Assembly (NCBI GenBank): GCA_951406725.2
Contig: OX597815.1
Coordinates: 190,960,001-191,024,000 of the forward strand
Length of the DNA: 64,000 nt
Reading direction: 5' to 3'
From: Octopus vulgaris
Lineage: Eukaryota
In this document: positions 25,077-39,413 of the stretch, one piece after another
Position numbering within the stretch: position 1 is the first letter of the stretch
Layout: every line of letters begins with the position of its first letter
Program-made: the position numbers and the translations under genes
The notes under the pieces: model-generated
Database searches by the model: none
The model's input: only the letters and a program-made list of their open reading frames with translations
Told to the model about the DNA's origin: nothing

Positions 25077-26542
25077 GATTAATATTGTATTAATATTTTT
25101 CAAAAGTAGAAAGGGGTAACAGAGATGATTATCTGTGATGCAAATTTCAAAAAAAATAAAAATAAAGGAAATATATATTGTAACAAGGAGCAATTAATTA
25201 ACTAATCAATATAAAGGCAATATATATTTCATATATTACATATATTTTTTTCTACATGTAAACTTACCCAATTCTTCATATTGAGTGTAAGATATTAAAC
25301 AAGTTATTTAATATTTATAGTCATAAAAAAAAAATTACATTTTCATTTGGTATAAAATCAATAACTGAAACTTTTTAATCAGCAACAAATACTGACTTTA
25401 CAAACATGTATTGAGCAAAATTTTTACAAAAACTAGTTTTTGAAATTTGCTGAAAATTTAGTATATCAAATATACGAGTGTTCAAATGCATGCCATATTA
25501 AAATTAAAAGTAATAACGAGTGTTCATCTGCATGCCAAGAAAATGTTATTCAACCAAATTGAAAATTTTTAGATGTTTTGTATCGTTAAATAAAAAAGTT
25601 GTTTGAGAAAAATTGGATCAAAACACTTGAGATAGTTCGTACTTATTTACTTATTCTGGTTCAATTCACAAATGTATCTGTTTCCTTACAGATTGAAAAT
25701 AATTGATAGTGACAGAAACAGTATTAATACCTATTTCTTTATTACCCACAAGGGGCTAAACACAGAGGGGACAAACAAGGACAGACATAGTTATTAAGTC
25801 GATTATATCGACTCCAGTGCGTAACTGGTACTTATTTAATCGACCCCGAAAGGATGAAAGGCAAAGTCAACATTTATCTCCCACTGAACATGTGTGTGTG
25901 TGTGTGTCCCCTCTCATGATAAATAACAGAGGATTCTGTGTTCTAACGCAACATTGACATCCAGTGAGAGAGAAATATTACCTTTCAGTATACTGCTGCT
26001 TCTGTCGTTATTAATTACTTTTTAACAAGCCCACGGGCTATTTACAACACCAGTGCCTGAATAGGCACTGAAATTCTATACATTGTTAATGGAAGAACTG
26101 GCTATTATGTCTTCGCCAGATATCTATCATTGGCAAGCCTAAGGAAGGGTGAAATCACATTTTATATATATATATATAAATTTATAAATGTTTCAATTAG
26201 CAATAGAGCTAATGTGGGTAATTTATAAAAAAAATAACTATATTACATAGATTAAATACTGATGAGATTCAATTTGCACTAAACACCATTAAATGTATGT
26301 ACTTTAAGGTGAAAAGATAGCATTTCTTTCAAAGAACATTTCAACATATTACTATCAATGAGTTCCACCGCTTCTGACTGCAGACAAAACAGTAACTTAT
26401 TTTAATTCCATATTAAAATGCTACATTGCTGATGTAACTTATGTTTGAATAAACCTTTCTGAAAACTAATAAAGTAAACTATAATCTAAACTCTAAATAC
26501 ATTATTCTCAAAAATATTTACATTTTGAGTTTTTAATTATCA

Positions 26543-26634
<92 letters not shown>

Positions 26635-28732
26635 TGTCAAGAAAAATAAAAGGATAAAATTAATATTTCTGGCCATCATTTCTACATATTTAAACTTTTT
26701 GTCTTAATCAAAGAAAGGGAGCTCCTAAAATTGTTATTATTTATTCATTTATTTTACAAAGCATCTGAATCTTGAGTGTAAAAATAAATAAGCTGTTCTG
26801 AAACTGGAGGCCTGGTTCATCGAATGCTGCCAACACAGTGGACCCGTACTAAGACACACCCACCTGTCAGGTGATTCTGTTCAACTAGATGACTAATTAA
26901 GTCATCCATCCAAATTTTGATGCAATCTATCCTACATGCATCGATACAGCTTTGTCTTATTCAGTTTCAATCACAAAGATTTGTTAAATCTAATGCTGTG
27001 GTGGCCAACACAAGTCCAAGACGCTGTGCAGTGGGTTCGAACATGGCACCACATGATTTGAAGCAAGCTTCTTAACCAAATGGCTATATCTACACCCACG
27101 TTTGTTTCAATCTAATTACTAATACTAGAAAACAGATATCAGTGCAATTTCAGATAAAATTATTAGAAGTAGATTTACTTTAATAATACATATAGCTTTA
27201 AATTTGTTCGCCAATCAAACACGATCAAACATAGATTAACATATAACTGAGAAATTTAATTAGCTTTTAATTAGCTTTTAGACTCTATTTGCAATTAATA
27301 TTCACCCTTGGCAAGTAACTAATAAGTTAGCACTTTTGTGATAAGATTTCAAATGTAGACTACTAATGTGTTTAAATTAAGTTTTTTTAAGTAATCAAAA
27401 ATTTTATAGGATTTCATAAAATAGCTATTTTTATTTACTCAAGCCAGTGTTTGAAATACAGCTTGGCTGAAGATAAATATTTGCACTACCGTTCAAGTAA
27501 ATATTCGATTTTGGTTCATATTTTAACTTAATTATATATGTAACAATTTAATATGAGCAGTTTTGAATTGGCAATTCTTGTGGAACCAAGAATTTGGACT
27601 CAGGATTATGTGGCTCGTAGTTAACAACTTAAACTCAGTCACTACACTTTGTTCGTTTTATATCTATTTCTTTACTACCCACAAGGGGCTTAAACACAGA
27701 GGGTACAAACAAGGACAGACAAACGGATTAAGTCGATTACACCGACCCCAGTGCATAACTGGTACTTTATTTAATTGACCCTGAAAGGATGAAAGGCAAA
27801 GTCTACCTCGGCGGAATTTGAACTCAGAACGTAACGGCAGACGAAATACGGCTACGCATTTCGCCCGGCGTGCTAACGTTTCTGCCAGCTCGCCGCCTGT
27901 TCGTTTTATATCTGTTTTCCATGACAGTATGGGTTAGATTATATATATATATATATATATAAAAACACGCATACATACATTGGATTTTCATATTAGGAAA
28001 CTGAACATTAAATCAATTAAAGTAAAACTTCAGGCCTACTACTAAGCTAATAAATAAAATTATCAGTAGACGCCTTGACTTTCATTAGCTCCAATTCGGT
28101 AAGAAAAGTCCCTTTATCCCTGTGAATTACAAAATTACAGTATTACAAAATTATATTTATTGATGGAAAAAAAATTCTAACAAAACACAAGGAGTACTTT
28201 GATCCAAAAGAAATTTTTTTTCTTTTTGATTTTTTCTTTTTGATTTTTTTTTTTTTTTTTCATCAAAATACAAAACATCATTAATGAACTTAGTTGAATA
28301 ACTTGTGCTTATAAGATTTTCCATTTATAAAACCAAAGAGTGCATTTTGCCAAAACATGCATGCAATAGTGATTCTAAGAACCACAGTAGAAATCTAAAA
28401 ATGAAGCAGAAAATCCTGCCGAAAGTAATAAGTAAGATAATGGCATTGATATTAATTAATATCAACTATTCATTCATTAGCAACTACATGTGTACGTGTT
28501 GATCAATACATTGTTTAATATACTTTTAAAAATCTACATATACTCTCATTTATTCTGATATTAAGCACGTGAATTATTTGTGTTTGATGTTAAACATGTG
28601 AATTAAAGGTATTGTTTCAGGTGAAATAAAGTGTTTACTTATGAAACACAGTTATTTGAAACTAGTAGATTATTAGCACAGCTTTAGATACCAATCATAT
28701 CTTTTCTATGAGTCTCTACTCAATAAACTTAC

Positions 28733-28747
28733 AGGCAGGTTCCCATT
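28733..28747 (-). CDS. Candidate 15-nt microexon (NGNLP in phase 0)
   Basis: Minus strand: long U-rich tract ...ttttttttttcgtatcttcAG|AATGGGAACCTGCCT|GTAAGT. About 65 nt free of AG upstream of the acceptor. Length divisible by 3. Confidence 0.45.
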
Positions 28748-28944
28748 CTGAAGATACGAAAAAAAAAAATAAGAAAATAAAATATTGTACAAGAATATAT
28801 GAAAGGATAATAAAGACTAAAAGAAATAATATTAAAAATCATTTCAAAAAAATGAATAATAGTGACAGAATTGAGGGGAAAAAATCAGTAGAAAATGGCA
28901 GTAGACTTTTCAACCTATGCAGCAAAACACAAATATGTGCATGA

Positions 28945-29368
<424 letters not shown>

Positions 29369-30580
29369 TATTTAATTTTATATAATCTGAATAAGATAAT
29401 CCAGTTCATATCCAAGTATGGAATTCTCCCTAGCTCGGTAGTGATGATAGTGAACGCAGCTTAATAGTTTAGTATGCCGAGTTGTTGTGTTGTTGCTATA
29501 GTAGAATACAATTGGAGGGATATTTGGCTGCTGATTCTAGCAATGGACGCAGATATGTCTGTGTGCCTTAAGAAGCTTGTTTTGTAACCACATCATTTTG
29601 GTTTTGCTTCCACAGAGCAACACCTTGGACAAATATCTTCATTTGTATCCTCAATTTGCCCCAAGTCTTTATCAGTGGAATTTGAGAGAAGAAAACCATA
29701 TAGAACCACTGACCAAGATTACGCAAGCCTTTAGTGGAATCCACCCTGCCAGAAACATTCAAGCCAGGACACTATCTAAGGCTAACTTCCTCTCTACCTT
29801 CCACCAGTCACAGCTGCCCTGAATAAGGTCAGAGGTACTGCACAATACCTTCTCTTCTGATTAAGCCATTAAAAATGGAATTTAGGCAACCAAACACACA
29901 GAGACTGTCTTGTTGTCTTGAAGGAGCTAGGTTTTAAACCAGATGTGGATAATACAGCAGCAACAAAGATTAAGCCATGATGTTCCAATCAGATTACTGT
30001 TTCTGTCAAAAACTCAGTAGCTAAAGTGGCTGGGTTTCAATCTCATTGTATTAAGTGATCTTTATGCCAAGACATCAACTTAAAAGCAGCAATAATGCTC
30101 TGCCTACCCAAACCATGCTCGCTGCACACATAAAACCTCTTACTGCTTAAACAGGAAGTTAATTTGTAGTCTCTGTGATATAAGCCGTAAGAAAGTTAAA
30201 GTACTAACAAAGCACATGTTTTTTTTCTTCTTCTCTCTCTCTCTCTCTCTCTCTGTCTTCCTCTCTTTCTGTGTCTTTCTTATGAATGCAGCCAAACTCA
30301 ATACTATCAATGTAAATCAATAACTTACTGAATATTTTGTGTTTTTTTGTGTTTTGCTCAACAGATTGAATAAGTGGAACTATCAAAATATATATTGCTG
30401 CTTAAAAAGAAGAAAACAACAGAAGTATTTTTCCAAAACTGCAGCGTGTTTTTTTTAGATTTTTTTTTTTATAGAGTATTCGCTGCTTTGAAAACTGAAA
30501 GGAGCATAACAATCTAAATAGCAATACTATTTGGTCACTAGTGTAACAAAATAGTAACAATAGTATTAGAGAATTCTTAC

Positions 30581-30622
30581 AAATTCAAGATTGATGTTGG
30601 ATGCCAGGGGAGATGTACATCC
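30581..30622 (-). CDS. Candidate 42-nt exon (GCTSPLASNINLEF in phase 0)
   Basis: Minus strand: ggaatattttcAG|GGATGT...GAATTT|GTAAGA. Symmetric length, open in phase 0, richer in GC than its flanks. Confidence 0.4.
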
Positions 30623-31376
30623 CTGAAAATATTCCAAATTACAATATGAATTAATGTTTAAGTTATACAAATTCTTACATGTGTGTGACCACTTACGATA
30701 TCAACTGAAATAAGGTAGTTAGTATAAACTAAAAATGACTTTTCTGCACACACACATACACACACACATGCACACACACACACACATATATATACACACA
30801 TACACACATTGCAAACCTGTGTGTGCATGTGTATTTATGTGCAAAATATATGCATGTGTCATAACACAAACACACATACATATACATACCTACATGCACA
30901 CACAGAAACATATCATATACATACACATGTTCATATATGCATATATATGCATATACAAATATCAGATGAAAGGAGGAATAAATTCATTATAATTATAGAA
31001 ATTAATTACACACACACATACACACACACACACATACACACATACACACACACACACACACAACTCAAACACACAAAATCAAACGATTTCTTGTTGAATA
31101 ATAAACTTAATAAATACAAATATGCAAATTGTATAATTTATATTATGTAAATATTCTTATAATATAAAACTATACTTTTTTTTTAATGCTTGAGTGAGAT
31201 GATCAACATCCTTCACTTGCAATGTCTTAGATTTGTAACAAAGAACATAATACCACATTCCCTACTATGTGCTAATGAAGCAATTAATGGTAAGTCAGGG
31301 GAAATTAAAAGATTTTATTCCCAAAACACAAGACCAGAAAATCCATTCAATAGCAGTGAGACAGCCTGCACAGTAA

Positions 31377-31766
31377 TCTCTCTCTATATAAAGCTGAAGT
31401 TGTCTGTGTATGGCAGATTTGGTAGCCTTCAACTAGCACTATCTCCTCCGAGACCCTACGGCGCAAGTTGACCAAAATTGTGAGTATGATAGAAGAAGGC
31501 TTGTTCTTCATTCCGTAGAAGATAAAATTCAAATCGGACCATGTTAACACCAAAAATTACTTACATCGAAAAGGTGCTTTTTTTCTATGAAAATCCCTAT
31601 TTTTTACGATTTTTTTTACTGCTGTGTTGCCATTTTTCGGTGTATTTCAACCAGGAAAATGTTCACTTAAAGAGAATAACAAGCTACATAATGCAAAATT
31701 TTTACTTTTCAAAAATTCCAATTCTAAAGGGTTGAAAACCTGAGCAACGCCAGGCGATACTGCTAG
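31377..31766 (+). mobile_element. Non-autonomous Helitron, same family as 17655
   Basis: A|TC start, cctgagcaacgccagg hairpin, CTAG|T end. Confidence 0.9.
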
Positions 31767-32369
31767 TATATAATATTCTGTTACTAAATAAGTAATACTG
31801 ATTCTATGTAAGTAATATTTAACTATGAAATTAAATTAAATACATTATTTGTTATAAATACATTTATTTATGAGCCAGTTGATGGAGACACTATGAAATA
31901 TAATAAAAAGCATTATCGATTATGGACAATTATAGTTGCAACATTTATATCATTTGTGAGTCTTGGGAATAAATATTTTAAATTAAGTGTGGTATATTTG
32001 TGTAGGATCCAAAACTCAGTGGCACAAATAGGGTACTTCATTCACATGAACACTTACTATTGGATTCAAGTCCTGCTAGTTGCACCGTTTTTGTTTTTAA
32101 ATATGAAAATGATATGTAATTTAATGTGTTACCAATGCAGTTGAAAGACAGGAGAATAATATTATAGATTAGTGGTTCTCGACCATCTTCTTTTTGTTTG
32201 TTTGTTTATGTGCCCCTTTGGTTCCTATTTAACTCTAATGGACCCCATGTTAAAAAAAGATATCCTCATATATTTTTATAATTAGATGTTATTTGGGACT
32301 GTATAAAAAATTGTTAAAATACTTTGTGTACTGTAGAAATAACGAACCCTTATATGGACCCTGGTTGAT

Positions 32370-32783
32370 ACTCTTACTCTCTTTTACTCTTTTACTTGTT
32401 TCACTCATTTGACTGTGGCCATGCTGGAACACCGCCTTTAGTCGAGCAAATCGACCCCAGGACTTATTCTTTGTAAGCCCAGTACTTATTCTATCGGTCT
32501 CTTTTGCCAAACCACTAAGTTACGGGGACGTAAACACACCAGCATCGGTTGTCAAGCAATGTTGGAGGGACAAACACAGACACACAAACTCACACACACA
32601 TATATAGATATACATATATACGACAGGCTTCTTTCAGTTTCCGTCTACCAAATCCACTCACAAGGATTTGGTCGGCCCGAGGCTATAGTAGAAGACACTT
32701 GCCCAAGGTGCCACGCAGTGGGACTGAACCCGGAACCATGTGGTTGATTAGCAAGCTACTTACCACACAGCCACTCCTGCACC
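32370..32783 (-). mobile_element. SINE family A (young copy)
   Basis: Full length, CpGs retained. Confidence 0.9.
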
Positions 32784-32921
32784 TATTATAGATAATATCA
32801 TTGATTTTGTTAGATTTTGTTATAGATCAGGTCTTTGATTATATATAACACCTACTGTAAACATATAGGGCTCTTATAACATATTTATCTATTATTCTAA
32901 CAATGTAGTCCCAGTAGAAAG

Positions 32922-33243
32922 GTGAAGAGAAGTGAACTACGATTTTCTCACAGGAAATTGTATGTAGCTCTTTCAAGAATATATTCACTTCCACATGTAA
33001 AGATACAAATGATAGGTAACAACTCTCAATATAAAAGAGGTGACAGGTGTATAACAAAGAAGATATTATTCCAAGATGTTTTCACACAAAATTGCACCTT
33101 TATCTGGACTTTACACCATCTTAAGAATAAAACACTTAATATAAATACAATTTTAACAGAAATTACATATGCTATATTTCTCTATAAACTTCTAATAATC
33201 AGAGTTTTCAAAATAATCATAGAATTTCCATGGATACTGTTAG
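32922..33243 (+). pseudogene. Relic of the C-terminus of a Helitron Pif1-like helicase with a decayed 3' end
   Basis: FSHRKLYVALSRI...TKKILFQDVF resembles Helitron motif VI FSHGQLYVALSR and the terminal TxNIVYxEV. gatactgTTAGt resembles the gatactgCTAGt ends of the short Helitrons. Confidence 0.75.
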
Positions 33244-33399
33244 TATACTTTGGGATACTTTTTTACTTTTATTCTCCTGGAATCAGTCACTGGACTGCAT
33301 CCGTGCTAGGGAGCTGCATTCGATGGTTTTCTTTTAATCATTCTTATCAAGTCTAGTATTTATTTTATTGAATAACATTTTATATTCTTTTCCACCATG

Positions 33400-35960
33400 T
33401 AAATAGTTTTAGGGCATAATGTCTGAGTGCAATGAATGGGATGATGTTCTTGGAGCCAATGGCCTGCCTTATGGTTTGAAGCAACTGGTTTGAAGAACTG
33501 CCTTATGGTTTGAAACACAGTGAGGAGCCTGATGGGTGAAAAGGGATAAATTTGGAGAAGATTGGCAAAGAATGTACAGTGTGAAGTTGAATGCAAAGAA
33601 GCTGTTATTGTTGAGAAGAGAAGGAAAACAGTTGAATGACTCCTCTCTGGTTGCAGTCAAGGAAGTCATTGTGCAAAGTAGCAACAGATGTGGGAACAAT
33701 ATTCTGCTGCAGGGTTTCTTTGAGTTTCATAAAGTGTCAGCAATTGTTGCGAGATAAAATATTTTCTGGCCCTAAAGAAAAGAGCCAGTCTATGTTAAGG
33801 GAGTGTTTTTGCCAGTCATAATGATTCCTAGCATACAGACAACAATTGGTATAATTCAGTACCACTCCTGTTTAGGAGTATGTGGTGTAATAGTATTTTC
33901 TTGATATGAATAGTTCTTGAGTTTTTTTTAGAAGAATCAAAATTAGAAGAATCAAAATTGGCATGACCCCAATAGAGGATGCTCTCAAAGTTTCTATTCA
34001 TGGAATCAGTGCAGGTTTGGTATGTGGTGTCTACGTTGCATGTGGATGATATATGGTTGGAGAAGATTAGAGAGGAATGAAAAGTCATATTATTTGCATA
34101 AGAGTAGATATTGTTAGACAAGGCAAGTATGTCATAGATGTATAGAAGGAAGTGAGTGAGGAACAAAATTGAACCCTAAGGCATACCAGGGCTGGTTGTG
34201 AGTAGAACAGAAAGTGCTCCATCAACATATGCCCCAATGGCTTGACCTGATAGGAAGAGAATGATTCAAGAGATGGATGGAGACATGGTTGAAGGTTTTG
34301 TTGATGTCTCGGGCAACATCATTGCTTTTACCAAACTTCTCTTAGATGGGAGCCCTTTCCACTGGTGAATGACATAAAGGGAGATGCAGTAAATCTGGCT
34401 CTGCTGAAGCCATAGCAATGGTCATTGCAAAAAGAAAGAAATTCAAGATGTTGGAAAACATTATTATTGTTGTTCATCTTCATTTACTGTGACAATGTTA
34501 GGAATGAACGCAATACGACTATCATTGGATTGATCAGAGAATTGCCTTTTTTTGGAACAAATACACTGTAGCATGTTTCTATGTGTCATGGTTTATTCAT
34601 CTAAAGTGATAGATTAAAGAGTTTGATGAGTATAGAGATGAGTTTTAGGGCACAATATTTAAGCATGATAGATTGACTGTTCTCAGAGCTAATGGCTTTA
34701 ATGGCTTGAGGCAACTGAAGGTATTTTCACACATGGCATGTGAATTCACAGGTGAGAGTCTGGTGAGTGAAAGAGGAAAGATTTGGAGAAGATTGACAAA
34801 GAGTGTGCAGTGTGGAGTTTAAGGAGCAATCATTGTTGAGAAATGGTGGAAAAGAGGATTCCACAAAGGTGACAGAGATTTTCTGGCAAGCAGCCAGAAG
34901 GATGAAATACTATTTGGGAGATAGGAAAGCTTGTGAGCAGTGATGTATTAAAGACATCTTTTACAGTCTGGATGTGACCTTTGATAATTGCACTTCTGCA
35001 AGGATGCCAACCAATTTTGAAAATTGGATGAGATTCTACAGGTATTGTAAGCCTCTTTTTTCTTTTTACCTGGTCAGTTGCAGCACACACCTTGAGTATT
35101 TGTTGTGTGCAAAATGCAGTGGAACTTAACTAAAATGATAGTTTCAGTCATCCACCTAACTGTTTCTGATGGATCAGGGGTGAAGCACATTTGCTGCCAA
35201 GGATGATAATTGGCATGAAACTGTTAGAACTTTAACCACTCTACTGACTTAAAGTGCCATAGGCTCAAAGGGTCACTGTATAGCAGAAGTTCTCAAACTT
35301 TTTGGGCCACTGCACCCCTCATGGCCACATAATACCCTCAGCACCCCACCCCTATTTTTATGTATAAATAAATATTTTATGTTTTACTAATTTATATATA
35401 CTATGAATCATTTGATATTTAATATGATATTATATGATCCATATACAATACAATAATAATATTATAATAAATTCATATCGTCCCCCAATCCACTGCTTTC
35501 CTCCCAACGCCTCCGTTTTCTCCACTGTCCCCCACCTCTGCCCCATCAAGCACCAGCGCCCACCTGGACTGTCTCAACGCCCACTGGCAGGGGGGGCAGT
35601 AGCACCCACTTTGGAACCTATGATGTATAACATACAACTGTGTGTTGAGTAGTTGTGATGAGATAAAGGCCCAATGATCCAAAAGGTGCAGAGACAGCCT
35701 CAGTTTGACAGTGATTGGGTTTCGAAATCAGAATAAGATCAGGAATGTTTGGAGCATCTGTGGTGGCCTGGGATGCAAGTAAGAAATGAAATAAGTTGCT
35801 GTAGAGTAAAGACTAGCAAACGATTCAGTTTCTATACTAGTAGCACCAGTATGGGACGAGTGTGTGAGCCTCAAGGATTTGTGAGGATTTAACTTACTGA
35901 GGATGATAACTTTGGAGAAGGTTAAATTACTATGAAATATTTAAGAGCAGAAGATGTGGT
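33400..35960 (-). mobile_element. Ancient, heavily decayed CR1/Jockey-group LINE ORF2 (endonuclease to RT), probably two rearranged pieces, interrupted by an hAT-like MITE at about 35283-35625
   Basis: Minus strand G-M-P-*-G-S-ILFLTHFLLYIYDI...YSYANN is a decayed GVPQGS...FLLYINDL...YADD. NIPDLIL...DH endonuclease-like motifs lie near 35680-35750. 33530-33620 resembles 34760-34850. Confidence 0.7.
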
Positions 35961-36049
35961 GGGTTAACTAATGATTGAAACTAGCACAAGTGTAAGAAAA
36001 AGTAATCCAATACGAAGATAAAGACGGGCATTAAAACAGTCAGAATTAT

Positions 36050-36094
36050 GACAATGGTGATGATGATGATGACGATGATGATGATGACGATGAC

Positions 36095-36139
<45 letters not shown>

Positions 36140-36185
36140 GATAATGATGACAACGATGGTGATCATGACGATCATGATGATGATG
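36050..36185. repeat. Imperfect (GAT)n microsatellite
   Basis: Direct reading. Confidence 0.9.
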
Positions 36186-36711
36186 AAAATACCAGTGTAA
36201 ATAACCTACATAAGCACTAACTATATTGTAAAAGATATAGATAAAGAATTGTGTGACACTATCAAAGTTCTAAATTCCCAAATAGGTGTCTTACTGATAG
36301 CATGTGTTGCTTGCAAATGATTACTTTTGTTCTTTTTTATTCTTTTTCTTTGCTTGTTTTTTTTCCCTTTCATTGACATTGATGATAAGGAAACGTGCAC
36401 TCATAAACTGTGAAAAGGTTAATGAGGGTGAATTGCAAATAGCATTCTTAATCAATAAATTAAAACATGATGTGACTGGAACACTCGCTGATTAAAATAT
36501 AGCTGTCCCAAAAGACATTTTGCACAATAGAAATGTCTTAGCTCATACATAATTCTAACAGATTATAATTTCTTGTTCAAGAGTATCTCTCACCTAGTCT
36601 AATACCACCATGTGGCCTTTGAATGTCTCTCGTGGAGTTCATTCTGTTGCAAGCATTTGAGCCAGATCCTCTGTTTGATTATATCTGCTTCCCTTTATCC
36701 AACTAGTCAAG

Positions 36712-37020
36712 AGTGGAGACACATGGCCTAGTGGTTAGAGCAGCGGACTCGCAGTCGAGGGATCGTGGGTTTGAATCTCAGACCGGGTGGTGTGTATGTT
36801 TATGAGCAAAACATGTAAGCTTCACGTGGCTCCGGTAGAAGGTAATGGTGAAACTTATGCTGACTCTTCGCCACAACTTTCTCTCACACTTTCCTCCTGT
36901 ATCTTGCAACTCACCTGCGATGGACCGGCGTCCCATCCAGGTGGGGAACCTATATGGCAAGAAACTGGGAAACCAGCCCTTATGAGCCATGTGTGGCTCG
37001 AGAAGGAACAAAAACAACTA
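36712..37020 (+). mobile_element. tRNA-derived SINE family C (also 55500-55785 +, about 59005-59310 -; relative 42210-42510 -)
   Basis: TGGCCTAGTGG A box, GGTT(C/T)GAATC B box, short (AAC)-rich tail. TSD caactagtcaag here and acattcttcatg at the 55500 copy. Confidence 0.9.
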
Positions 37021-38271
37021 CAACTAGTCAAGGACGCTTTGTAAAATGTCATAAATGTTGCTTTTCTTCCTCCGAACCAAATTATTAAAAAGGGGATGAG
37101 AAGGATGCAGCTTAATTCTACATTCTGAGGAAGATGTGACTTACCTTACTTTTTGTATAAATGATCAACTTGATAAGGATGAGAGGCAACTAAACAAAGA
37201 TGTTTTGTGCTATCTAGCACTGATATGATTTTAAATCACACAAGAAAGTATCATATTTTTGTAGGCTACCAAGTTTGATAAAAATATGTATCTGTAAGAA
37301 ACTAGAGGCATACAGTGGAAGGTAGGATGATACAATAAAATAGACATAATCTTATGTAAAAAGCACTTAATATCTGAGTATAGAAAAGGGTAAAAAGTAT
37401 ATTTTTAAGAATTAGTAGAATGAATACACAAAGACTAACATAAGATGGTGGATTAGCAGAATCATTAGTTTCAGACAAATTGCCTTGCAGTGTTCTTTTT
37501 CTTTACACTCTTAACATGTAAGCCTTACCAAAGTTGAGTTTGTTATCAGAGGGCACTACGTTTCTCCCCTATAAAATTCAAGGCTTTATTCAAGTGTGAA
37601 AAAAAAAAAGAAAAAGAAATCAATACAGAATCAAAAACTAAGCTTGGCTGTTTTGATTAAAGTTTGCTTCAGAGCCACATGTGATTCATTTGAGTGATTC
37701 ATTCTCATGAAAAGACATCTTCAGTAAGTGCTTCCTACCAAAGAAATGACTTGCATAACTCTTGCTTCAGACTGACTAATTTGTTGTAAGTAGAAACTGA
37801 GTGGAAGCCCTAAATCTCTGATGAAGTTATTGAGTGATACACAAGCATTCACCTATGAGTGTATTGCATTGTATAGTAGAAACGGCTGTAAGCTAATGAA
37901 GTTCATAACAATTTTTTTATTCGTTTGTCATACAAATTTTCTATATCTACACACATGTTACTACTAAGAGTTGTGCAACGTAAAAAAAAGCACCCAGTAC
38001 ACTCTGTAAAGTGGTTGGCATTAGGAATGGCATCCAGCTGTAGCATCCATGCCAAAGCAGACATTAGAGTCTTGATGCAGTTTTCTGGCTCTCGGTTCCT
38101 GACAAATCGTTTCACCACTGCCAGCATGGAAAAACGTTAAATGATGATGATGATCGTGACGTGTGTGTGTGTGTGTGTGCATGTGTATAATTTTTGCCAT
38201 TGCATATCGATTAATGAAGAATGAAAAACACTAGTGAGAAAACTATAAAAAAAACTAATGCATTTACTATT

Positions 38272-38685
38272 TTACTCTCTCTTTTATTTGTTTCAGTCAT
38301 TTGACTGTGACCATGCTGGAGCACTGCCTTTAGTCAAGCAAATCGACCCCAAGACTTATTCTTTGTAAACCTAGTACTTATTCTATTGATCTCTTTTACT
38401 GAACCGCTAGATTACAGGGATGTAAACACACCAACATCAGTTGTCAAGCGATGGTGATGGGACAAAAACAGACACACAAACACACACACACATATATATA
38501 TAAAAAAAAAATATATATATATGATGGGCTTCTTTCAGTTTCTGTCTACCAAATTCACTCACAAGGCTTTGGTCGGCCTGAGGCTACAGTAGAAGACACT
38601 TGCCCAAGTCGCCATACAGTGGGACTGAACCAGGAACCATGTACTTCGTAAGCAAGTTACTTACCACATTGATGCTCCTGTGCCT
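38272..38685 (-). mobile_element. SINE family A
   Basis: Full-length match. Confidence 0.88.
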
Positions 38686-39287
38686 ATTGTTTACTAATGT
38701 GACAAATATAAACTAAAAAGCAAAATTGCAAGACTAAAAATGAACTGAAAAAATATTTCTTTAAACAGTATAAAAAAAAAAAATTCCCCTCCATTTCTCT
38801 TAATTTTTCTCCTTGCACTTTACCTCTCTCTCTCTCCTTCCCACCTCTCTTTCTCTAACTCACCCTTCCTCTCTCACTCTTCATATTCTCCAGTTTTTCA
38901 ACCTCCACCTCCAAATCTATTAATATCATCTATTTATAAAATCTGGAAACTCAAATAATATCGCCATTGCTATTGTCTCATTGCACAAATGTATATATTC
39001 TACAACGCACCACAATGAAATTATCAATAATGTCCTCTGGCTATACATCATTCATTGATGACAGCTTCAGTTATAGTTCCATTTTAAGTGTTAAAACGAA
39101 AACTCTTATTGTTAAATTCATTATGGAAATTCACAATTCTTATCTCAGTGGAATTTTGATTGAAAGTATTGAATAAAAATACAGAAATTCTGAACAAAAA
39201 AAAGGAAACGTTCTAAATCTAACTTATATCAAATAATTCATCACCATCATCAACATCAGCAGCAGCAGCAGTAAGGAAGAAAACTCT

Positions 39288-39327
<40 letters not shown>

Positions 39328-39413
39328 ATGTGTGTGCATGCACATGCATGTCTATATACATACATATAAACATATATGTGCATGCATATATATATATATT
39401 ATACACACACACA

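Larger units (their letters stand above)
23594..26538 (+). repeat. Local direct duplication of about 355 bp (23594-24360 carries an insertion; 26185-26538 is empty)
   Basis: Colinear, highly similar sequence from taaatgttt..caatagagctaatg to ttttgagtttttaatt. Confidence 0.92.

Noticed and set aside
36714-36790. Possible tRNA gene (also at 55500)
   Set aside because: No paired acceptor stem or oligo-T terminator. It continues into a SINE body bounded by TSDs.
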